A DNA stretch of 64,000 nucleotides from an uncultured Verrucomicrobiota bacterium (GTDB lineage Bacteria > Verrucomicrobiota > Verrucomicrobiia > Limisphaerales > UBA9464), in NCBI GenBank assembly GCA_903925515.1, contig CAIYFP010000056.1:924-64923 (forward strand), in the 5' to 3' direction. Shown in pieces: positions 20,041 to 27,397 of this stretch (its first letter is position 1; every line of letters begins with the position of its first letter). The notes beneath the pieces were generated by a model. It did not search any database. It was not told the DNA's origin and saw only the letters and a list, made by a program, of their open reading frames with translations. Both the position numbers and the translations under genes were made by a program.

Positions 20041-20430
20041 ATGTCCTCCTTTCGTCCTCCCACGCCCGCGCCCATCACGCTCGCCTCCGCCCTCGCCCTC
20101 GCCCTTGCCCTTGCCGGCTGCGGCGACAAGGCACCCCCGGAAGCCATGCCCGCCGCCGAGGTCCCCAAGGTCCTCGACAACGCCTTCGGCAAGGCCTCCG
20201 CCGAGGACAAGGCCCTTGCCATGGCCGCCCAGCAGGCCATCCAAAAGGACGAGCAAACCGTCGCCCTCGAAATGCTGGAGGCCCTCTCGCGCAAGGCCGA
20301 GCTCACGCCCGAGCAACGCGAGGCCGCCGCTCGCTCCGCCCTCTCCGTCCGCTCCAAGCTCCTCGACGCCGCCAGCAAGGGCGACAAGGCCGCCAAGGAT
20401 TACCTCGAGGAACAGCGCGCCCGCAAATAG
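20041..20430 (+). CDS. Small lipoprotein, helical, function unknown
   Basis: The ATG at 20041 gives MSSFRPPTPAPITLASALALALALAGCGDK with lipobox LAGC. The remainder is A/E/K-rich and helical. Confidence 0.6.
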   Translation: MSSFRPPTPAPITLASALALALALAGCGDKAPPEAMPAAEVPKVLDNAFGKASAEDKALAMAAQQAIQKDEQTVALEMLEALSRKAELTPEQREAAARSALSVRSKLLDAASKGDKAAKDYLEEQRARK

Positions 20431-20514
20431 CACGCCAAAGGCCCCCTGCTGCCCCCCCGCGCCCCGTGCCCCGCATCCCAGCCTTCCACCCACCTTTCCC
20501 CAACGCCCCGTCCC

Positions 20515-21648
20515 ATGCCCCACCCCCTGCCCACCCCCAAGGACAAGCTCCTCTTCACCCCCGGCCCCCTCACCACCTCCCTCGACGTCAAGCAGGCCAT
20601 GCTCCATGACGCCGGCTCATGGCATCATGAGTTCAACTCCAAGGTCGCCGGAATCCGCAACAACCTCCTCCGCGTCGGTGGCGTGTCCCGCGACTCGGGC
20701 TGGGAATGCATCCTGCTCCAAGGCTCCGGAACCTTCGGCGTCGAGGCCGTCTTCCTCACCGGCGTGCCTCCCCACGGCAAGGTCGCCATCCTCTCCAACG
20801 GTGCCTACGGCGAACGCATGGTCCTCATGCTCCAGCACGCCAAGATCCCGCACGCCATCCTCCGCACCCCCGAGGACGTCCCCAACGATCCCGACGCCCT
20901 CGACTCCCTCCTCGCCTCCGACCCCGACATCACCCACGTCGCCGTCGTCCATTGCGAGACCACCACCGGCATCCTCAACCCCATCGACCGCGTCGGCGCC
21001 GTCGCCAAGCGGCACCGCAAGACCTACGTCGTCGATGCCATGTCCAGCTTCGGCGCCTACCCCATCGACCTCGAAGCCTGCGGCATCGACTACATCATTT
21101 CGTCCGCCAACAAGTGCATCGAGGGCGTCCCCGGGTTCTCCTTCGTCCTGGGCCGGCGCGCCGTCCTCCTCGCCACCGAGGGATGGGCCCGTTCGTTGAG
21201 CATGAACCTCCTCGACCAGCTCCGCGGCTTCGAGAGGAATGGCCAGTTCCGCTACACCCCGCCCACCCATGCCCTCCTCGCCTTCGAGCGCGCGCTCGCC
21301 GAGCTCGACATGGAAGGCGGCCCGGAAGGCCGTGCCCGCCGTTACCAGCAAAACCACAAGGCCCTCCTCGCCGGCATGGCCGCCATCGGCCTCGCACCCT
21401 TCCTCCGTCCCGAGGTCCAAAGCCACATCATCACCAGCTTCGCCTACCCCAAGAGCCCGGCCTTCCAATGGCCCGACTTCTACGCCCGCGTCGCCGAGAA
21501 GGGCTTCCTCCTCTACCCGGGCAAGATCTCCAAGGCCGACACCTTCCGCATCGGCAACATCGGACGACTCTTCCCCGCCGACATGCGCGCCGTGGTCCAT
21601 GCGATCCGCGAGGCGCTCGTCGAGATGGGCGTCCCCATCCACGCCTGA
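20515..21648 (+). CDS. phnW: 2-aminoethylphosphonate--pyruvate transaminase-like class V aminotransferase
   Basis: KLLFTPGPLTTSLDVKQAMLHDAGSWHHEF, HCETTTGILNP and SSANKCIEGVPGFSFV (PLP-lysine context) match the PhnW subgroup as I recall it. A related serine-pyruvate aminotransferase cannot be excluded. Confidence 0.7.
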   Translation: MPHPLPTPKDKLLFTPGPLTTSLDVKQAMLHDAGSWHHEFNSKVAGIRNNLLRVGGVSRDSGWECILLQGSGTFGVEAVFLTGVPPHGKVAILSNGAYGERMVLMLQHAKIPHAILRTPEDVPNDPDALDSLLASDPDITHVAVVHCETTTGILNPIDRVGAVAKRHRKTYVVDAMSSFGAYPIDLEACGIDYIISSANKCIEGVPGFSFVLGRRAVLLATEGWARSLSMNLLDQLRGFERNGQFRYTPPTHALLAFERALAELDMEGGPEGRARRYQQNHKALLAGMAAIGLAPFLRPEVQSHIITSFAYPKSPAFQWPDFYARVAEKGFLLYPGKISKADTFRIGNIGRLFPADMRAVVHAIREALVEMGVPIHA

Positions 21649-21658
21649 GGTCCACACC

Positions 21659-22528
21659 ATGCCACGCTTCGCCCGCAATCCCTCGCACTCCGTCCTTGCC
21701 GCCATCGCGGGTTGCCTCGTCGCCACCGTCTGGGCCATGGCACCCGCACGGGCCAAGGACGGCCCGCGACCCGGCATTCCCCTTCCCGCCGCCCATTCCC
21801 ACAACGACTACGAGCAGAAACGTCCCCTCCACGAGGCCCTCGACCATGGCTTCGCCTCCGTCGAGGCCGACATCCACCTTGTCGAGGGACAACTCCTCGT
21901 CGCCCATGACCGGCCCAAGGTCCGCCCCGAGCGGACCCTCGAGTCCCTGTACCTCGCCCCACTCCATGAGCGCGTCGTCGCCAACAAGGGCTCCGTCCAT
22001 CCCGGCCTCGCCCGCTTCACCCTGCTCATCGACATCAAGGGCAACCCGGAGGGCACCTATGCCGTGCTCGATCCCCTTCTCCGACGCCATCGCGAGGTCC
22101 TGACACGCTTCACCCCGGACCAGACCTTCGCCGGCCCCATCACCGTCATCCTCTCCGGCGCGCGCCCCACCGCCCTCGTCGCCGCCCAACCCGAGCGCTT
22201 CTGCGCCATCGACGGCCGCCCCGAGGACCTTGCCGCCAACACCTCCACCAACCTTGTTCCCATGGTCAGCGAAGCATGGAACACCGCGTTCGGACCGATC
22301 CGCGGCAGTCCCCTGCCCGAGGCCACCCGCTCCGCCCTTCACGCCTACGTCCACCGCGCCCACGCCCAAGGCCGCGTCGTCCGCTTCTGGGGCGCTCCCG
22401 ACCGCGAATGGTTCTGGAAGGAACTTCAATCAGCCAAGGTGGACTACCTCAACACCGACCGCATCCCCGACCTCGCCGCGTTTCTTCGGGTCGGACAGTC
22501 CGGGCGTCCCGCGGACAACCCACGCTGA
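21659..22528 (+). CDS. Secreted PI-PLC X-domain/glycerophosphodiester-phosphodiesterase-like protein
   Basis: The ATG at 21659 gives a signal peptide (MPRFARNPSHSVLAAIAGCLVATVWAMAPARA). AAHSHNDYEQKRPLHEALDHGFASVEADIHL resembles the catalytic-His region of bacterial PLC-like phosphodiesterases. It starts 10 nt after phnW. Confidence 0.55.
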   Translation: MPRFARNPSHSVLAAIAGCLVATVWAMAPARAKDGPRPGIPLPAAHSHNDYEQKRPLHEALDHGFASVEADIHLVEGQLLVAHDRPKVRPERTLESLYLAPLHERVVANKGSVHPGLARFTLLIDIKGNPEGTYAVLDPLLRRHREVLTRFTPDQTFAGPITVILSGARPTALVAAQPERFCAIDGRPEDLAANTSTNLVPMVSEAWNTAFGPIRGSPLPEATRSALHAYVHRAHAQGRVVRFWGAPDREWFWKELQSAKVDYLNTDRIPDLAAFLRVGQSGRPADNPR

Positions 22529-22885
22529 CGACGCCCGTCGCCCGGCCCCGCGAGCCGAAAGCGATCGTCCCTCGCGCCCCATGCCATCACGTCAGGCACC
22601 CCAGGTCATCCCATCCGCCCGCCCACTCGCGCACGTCAGCCTTCGAGGCATCAAGCAGGCCAGTCGTCATCCTCCGACCGGTTCGAGGAACGGGACCTTC
22701 CCACGGCAGCACAGGCGGATGCCCACGGAATCCGACAAGGGCAACGCGGCTCCCGACGGATTGGTGCGGGTGACCGGGGACGAGATCGATGGGCAGGTGA
22801 AGATGTCGCGGTCGATCCGGAAGCACTGGAACGGGACATGGTTTTGGGTCTCCCCCTTCGACGCGTGGGTCGATAGCATCCGACC

Positions 22886-24316
22886 ATGCTGGACGACTCG
22901 GTGGGCAAGCTGAAGCGGCTCAAGGCGGACGTGGCGGCGTCGTTGAAGGACGACTCGCACACGTCGATGGACGCCCATGCCTCAACCCGGCTCAGCCGTC
23001 CGGCCCGGTTCATCCATTTCTGGGGCTTGGTGGGCAGGTTCTACTGGCGGAACCGATGCCAAGTGCGGGCGTCGGCCCTTGCCTACACCACGCTGCTGGC
23101 ATTGGTGCCGCTGCTTGCCGTGTCGCTCACGGTGGCGTCGCTTGTGTTTGACGCCCGCAGCGAGGGCTCGCGCCAGAAGCTCACCGCCATGCTCGAGCGC
23201 GTGGTGGACAACATCGCGCCCACGCTGGGGTTGTCGGACGCCAACGCCGGGATGCCGGGACAGGCCGACCCCGGGGCGACCCGGCGCGCCGAGATCGCCA
23301 ACCGCATCCTCGACTTTGTCGGCAACATCCACTTTGGCACGATCGGCGTCACGGCGATGATCGGGTTGATCTTCGTGGCCATCTCGCTGTTGCGCACGGT
23401 GGAGTCCGCGTTCAACGACATCTGGGGCGCCGAGCGCGGCCGCGGTTGGTTTGAGTCGATCATCCTTTACTGGGCGTCCATTTCCCTCGGACCGGTGGTG
23501 TTGCTGGTGGCGACGACATCGGGCTACCTCAACGCGATCGCCGGGAACGGGTCGGGCCTGATCCAGAAGCTGCCGGGGGCCGCGTTGCTCCAGGCCCAGC
23601 TCCTGCCCGCGCTCATCGTGTCCATGGCTCTTGGACTGCTGTACAAGGTGATGCCGAACACCCGCGTGCAGTGGCCGGCCGCGATCATGGGGGGCCTCGT
23701 GGCCGGCGCGCTGTGGTGGCTCAACAACCGCATGGGCGTCTTCTACAACACCCGCGTCATCACCTACTCCAAGATCTATGGATCCCTCGGCGCCGTCCCC
23801 TTGTTCCTCCTTGGCCTCTACTTCTCGTGGATGATCGTCCTGTTCGGATCCCAGGTCGGCTACGTGTTCCAAAACCGCCACGCCTACCTCCAGGAACGGA
23901 TGGCCGAGCGCGTCCACCAGCAGGCCCGTGAGTTCGTCGCGCTCCGGTTCATGGCCGAGGTCGCCCGCCGCTTCGACCGCAACCTTCCCGGCCCTTCCAC
24001 GTCCGACCTCGCGGCCGGCCTTGCCGTCCCCGCACGCCTCGCCTCCCAGGTGCTCGCCGCCATGGCCCACTCCAACCTCGTCGTGGAAACCGCCGGCGCA
24101 GACCCCGGCTTCAAGCCGGCCCGTCCCCTCGAGAAGATCAGCGTCGGAGACATCCTGCTCGCCCTCCGCGCGGGCAACGGCTCGGGCCTGCCCACGGCGA
24201 CCGACGCCTCGCGCGCGATCGTCGCCGCCGAGTTCGACGCCGTCCTTGCCGCCGAGGCGGACCGCGCGGGAAGCGTCTCCATGGCCGACCTGGTGCGGCG
24301 GCTTCCGGACGCCTGA
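22886..24316 (+). CDS. YihY/BrkB-family membrane protein fused to a C-terminal winged-helix (Rrf2-like) domain
   Basis: RASALAYTTLLALVPLLAV... followed by multiple TM helices is YihY-like. The last ~145 aa (FVALRFMAEVARRF...STSDLAAGLAVPARLASQVLAAMAHSNLVVE...ISVGDILLALR) read like a wHTH. Confidence 0.7.
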   Translation: MLDDSVGKLKRLKADVAASLKDDSHTSMDAHASTRLSRPARFIHFWGLVGRFYWRNRCQVRASALAYTTLLALVPLLAVSLTVASLVFDARSEGSRQKLTAMLERVVDNIAPTLGLSDANAGMPGQADPGATRRAEIANRILDFVGNIHFGTIGVTAMIGLIFVAISLLRTVESAFNDIWGAERGRGWFESIILYWASISLGPVVLLVATTSGYLNAIAGNGSGLIQKLPGAALLQAQLLPALIVSMALGLLYKVMPNTRVQWPAAIMGGLVAGALWWLNNRMGVFYNTRVITYSKIYGSLGAVPLFLLGLYFSWMIVLFGSQVGYVFQNRHAYLQERMAERVHQQAREFVALRFMAEVARRFDRNLPGPSTSDLAAGLAVPARLASQVLAAMAHSNLVVETAGADPGFKPARPLEKISVGDILLALRAGNGSGLPTATDASRAIVAAEFDAVLAAEADRAGSVSMADLVRRLPDA

Positions 24317-24374
24317 ACCGCCCCGGCGCCGTCCCGCCGGGCGGGGCCTGCGGCAACGCGCCGTCCTGCGAATG

Positions 24375-26054
24375 TCAGGGCCGCAACAGGCGGAACTCGG
24401 CGGCCTTTTCCCGGGGCGTGACCGGCCTGATCCCCTTCAGCCCCAACAGGCGGGTCCGCGCCTGCTGGCTCAGGCTGGCAAGCTTCTCCTTCAACTCCTC
24501 CCGCTCCTTCTCCAACTCCCGGACCTTCGCCTCGAGCGAGCGCATCGCGTCCGGGTCCGCCCGCGGCTTGGCTCGGCTGGCGGCGGTCGCCTCCGCAAGG
24601 CGCTTCTCCATGGCCACCTTGTCCTTCTCCAGCCTCTTGCGCAGAGCCGATTCATGGGCGAGGGCCGACTGCATCTCCGCCTCGCGGGCCTTGGACAGCT
24701 TCAGCGTCTCCTGCAACCGCGCGACCTCCGCCCTCGAGGCGGCGACCTGCGTCAGCACCTCCGGCGGGGTGCCCCCCCCCGGCTTCACGTCGCCGGACGC
24801 GGCCTTCAGGCTTTCCTCTGCCGCCCTCAACGCGGCCTCGGCCCCGGCGCGCTCGGCCTTCTCGGCCGCCAACGCGGACTGCAACGTCTGCAACGCCTCG
24901 GCGTCCGCAGCCGTCCGTGCCGTCAGCGCGGACAACCGCTCGGACAACGTCTTGTTCTCGGACTCGAACCCCGTGCGGGCCTTCCTCTCCTTGTCGAGCT
25001 CCTGGACCAGTCCGTCGGCCTTGAGGAGGTTGCGGTCCGCCTCGGCCCGCGCCACCGCAAGGTCGGACTGGAGCTGGGCGATGCGGACGATGCCTTCCTC
25101 GGCCTGACGGGCCCGGAGTTCCTCGACCTGCTTCTCCAGCGCGGTCTTCTCGGAAGCGAGCTTCTCGTTGCGTGACCGCAGGTCGGTCAGGTCGGCGGTC
25201 AGGCGGGTGAGCTTGCTGGACAGCTCGGCCACCTGTTTGCCCTTCTCCGTGTCGGACCGCAGGTCCGTGACCTGTTGCTTGAGGGTTTGGTTCTCGAGCC
25301 TGAGGGGACGGATGGTCTCGTCGTTGAGCTTGGCAAGGCGCGCCTCCACGTCGGCGCGTTCCTTGGCGAGGGTGGCGGCAGCCTGCTTCTGGTCCTCGAG
25401 GTGCTTGCGGGTCTCCGCCAGCGCCCTCGCGGCCTCCTCGGCGACGACCTTGTCCACGAGGTTGCGTCGCTCGCGCTCCTGGGCATCCAGCCGGGCCATC
25501 AACGACTTGTTGGTCGATTGCAGGGACGCGATGCGGTCCACGGCGTCCTGCAGCTCGCGAGGGTCCACCGGCGCAGGCTGCGCCGCCAAGGCCTCCCGCA
25601 GCTTCGACTCCAATCCCTGCTTCTCAGCCGCCAGTTGCTGGATCCGGGCGTTCAGCCCATTGAATTGCTCAAGAACCTCCGACGATGGCGCGCCGGGTTC
25701 CGGAAGGACGGGTCTCGCCCCGGCTCCGGTCTTGGCCGCAACCGCGTTGGTCGCCGCGTCCGACCCCTGCGGCGGCGCGGCGGCAACCGCGTCCTTCAAC
25801 CCGTTCAGCTTTTCCGAGCAATACCGGATCCGGTACGTCACCACGCGGTCGTTCCATGACGGGCTCGACCGCTGCAATGCCCGCAGGGTCTTCTGCGCCT
25901 CCGTGTACAGCAACGACGCCTCGCGCGCGTCCCGCGTCTTGTCGGCCTGCTGGATCAGGTTGTATGCGACGATGAACTGGTCGTCCGGCCCCAGCGCTTG
26001 CAGGACCGCGCAAACCCAAACCATGCCGCACAGGGCAACAACCCGTTGGAACAT
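24375..26054 (-). CDS. Membrane-anchored long coiled-coil protein
   Basis: The ATG at 26054 gives MFQRVVALCGMVWVCAVLQALG, a TM anchor. About 400 aa of heptad-like A/E/K/L/R/Q-rich sequence follow. The track ORF (to 28403) runs through the tRNA and rimO and is an artefact upstream of 26054. Confidence 0.7.
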   Translation of the reverse strand: MFQRVVALCGMVWVCAVLQALGPDDQFIVAYNLIQQADKTRDAREASLLYTEAQKTLRALQRSSPSWNDRVVTYRIRYCSEKLNGLKDAVAAAPPQGSDAATNAVAAKTGAGARPVLPEPGAPSSEVLEQFNGLNARIQQLAAEKQGLESKLREALAAQPAPVDPRELQDAVDRIASLQSTNKSLMARLDAQERERRNLVDKVVAEEAARALAETRKHLEDQKQAAATLAKERADVEARLAKLNDETIRPLRLENQTLKQQVTDLRSDTEKGKQVAELSSKLTRLTADLTDLRSRNEKLASEKTALEKQVEELRARQAEEGIVRIAQLQSDLAVARAEADRNLLKADGLVQELDKERKARTGFESENKTLSERLSALTARTAADAEALQTLQSALAAEKAERAGAEAALRAAEESLKAASGDVKPGGGTPPEVLTQVAASRAEVARLQETLKLSKAREAEMQSALAHESALRKRLEKDKVAMEKRLAEATAASRAKPRADPDAMRSLEAKVRELEKEREELKEKLASLSQQARTRLLGLKGIRPVTPREKAAEFRLLRP

Positions 26055-26233
26055 GCCGACCAGCCTGCCCTCGCCACCCGGGGGCGTTTCAACTCCGAAT
26101 CCTGCCTGCCCGACGCGACGCACCACGGCCAAGGCACACCAAACAACCGCATCTTGGGCATGGAACGTGGCCGAAAGGGGGTGGGTGGCAGGATCGGCCC
26201 GGAGGGTTCCCGGCCGTGTTGAGCATGGCCGGG

Positions 26234-26309
26234 TGGTGGAGCCGAGGGGATTCGAACCCCTGACCTTCTCATTGCGAACGAGACGCTCTACCAACTGAGC
26301 TACGACCCC
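26234..26309 (-). tRNA. tRNA-Ala (anticodon CGC), CCA encoded
   Basis: The minus-strand sequence is GGGGTCGTAGCTCAGTTGGTAGAGCGTCTCGTTCGCAATGAGAAGGTCAGGGGTTCGAATCCCCTCGGCTCCACCA. It folds as a 76-nt cloverleaf (7/4/5/5-bp stems) with anticodon loop TTCGCAA, the G3:U70 alanine identity pair and a GGTTCGAAT T-loop. Confidence 0.95.
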
Positions 26310-26745
26310 GTCCCCGAACCGCCCCGAAGCACGCCAGAAGGGTCGAACGAAATCAAGCGTTGGTTCACGAGCGCGGGGCGCACGCCCACGACCGATTCGT
26401 TGGGCAACCCGTGCGCCCCTAGGGAGAGAACGTCGTTTTTTCTGGCAGGCGCCCTCGCACGGTCCTGCCAGATGTGATCGAAGCGTCCGGTCGGCGGCAG
26501 CGTGCGAAAGCTCGGCACCCCGGTCGCCCCCGCTCCCCACCCCAACATGCCTGGCTGCTTGAGCCGCCTCCCAACCATCGTCCGGCATCCCGCCTCCACG
26601 ACGCCGCCGCCAATGAACCACCCTTTCGCCCGGTAGCTCCCGCAGTCCCCAGGACTCTTCCATCACCTCGCCCACGCCATCGGCAAGCACCTTCGTTTTC
26701 CACCCCGCCGCGCGCTGCCCTGGGTTCTCCACCGACAACCCTTGC

Positions 26746-27393
26746 TTCAATTTCCCAATCCTCGCGCAGGGAGGTGGAAAGCGCGCGATCCCATGGCCGG
26801 CGAATGGCGGCGTCGGCTGGACAGGGACCGCCTTCCCTGGCCTCACCCTCGGCGAGGTAGGAGTCGCGGACAGCCGGGACCTCGCCGAAGAGCGTGGCGA
26901 GGGTCGCGGGACCGCGTCCGATGCACCGATGGGAGGGCGGTGCCGGGTGATCGCGGTCGATGCGGCCGAAGTGATGGCGGAGAAGGGGGCGAAGAGGACG
27001 CGGCCCGCGGCCATGAGGGCGTCGCGGAAGATGGGCGCCCGCTGGAGCGGTGAATCCACAAGGTCGGTCAGGAGGGGCTGGAGGACCCGGGAGAGATCGT
27101 GTTGGAATGCGACGTGTACCGCAGGGTCTTTCCTTTTGCGGGTCGTCCGGGCGTTGGCGGGTTTCGGCGACCACGATGCCGACGTACTGATCGGCGAGTT
27201 CGCGGAAGCGTTGGTGGCCGTCGTGGGCCTCCTGGATGGCGGGGAGTTCCTCGGGTCGGATGTAGCGGGTGCGGTTCGTGCCGTCGCACCAGGTCTGGAG
27301 GCGGCAAGGGGAGGCAGAGTTCTTGGGGCGATCGCGGTGCTGGTACTTGCAGAGCTTGCCCAGCTCCACGGACGTGATGGCTTGAGGAGACAC
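26746..27393 (-). pseudogene. Frameshifted remnant of an unidentified gene immediately downstream of rimO
   Basis: A GTG at 27393 lies 5 nt after the rimO stop. The C-rich third-position bias seen in all confident genes here jumps between two minus-strand frames near 27125-27141 (A-runs CAAAAGGAAAG), near 26900-26925 and near 26746. The protein-like segments are SVELGKLCKYQHRDRPKNSASPCRLQTWCDGTNRTRYIRPEELPAIQEAHDGHQRFRELADQYVGIVV, then VHVAFQHDLSRVLQPLLTDLVDSPLQRAPIFRDALMAAGRVLFAPF, then TLATLFGEVPAVRDSYLAEGEA. A single-frame translation degenerates into P/R/G junk. I do not recognise the family. Confidence 0.45.
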
Positions 27394-27397
27394 GCCC

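Noticed and set aside
22640-22860. SRP-RNA-like or riboswitch-like element (CCGGAAG..., GGCAAC... segments)
   Set aside because: There are only short chance resemblances. I could not fit the conserved cores of SRP RNA, cobalamin, TPP, SAM or c-di-GMP riboswitches by eye. It is kept only as an unexplained gap in the findings.
24317-24374. CCCGCC-G-GGCGGG palindrome between convergent yihY and the coiled-coil gene as a bidirectional terminator
   Set aside because: The loop would be too small and no flanking U/A tracts are present, so this is not enough to call a terminator.
26435-26471. Hairpin CTGGCAGG-N14-CCTGCCAG with adjacent T6 as an intrinsic terminator
   Set aside because: The T-tract precedes the stem on the + strand and becomes an A-tract after the stem on the - strand. 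Neither orientation has stem-then-U-tract geometry.
26234-27393. tRNA-associated integrase / genomic island junction
   Set aside because: The decayed gene lies on the 5' side of the tRNA rather than at its 3' end. I found no direct repeat of the tRNA 3' end and no R...HxxR...Y recombinase motifs.
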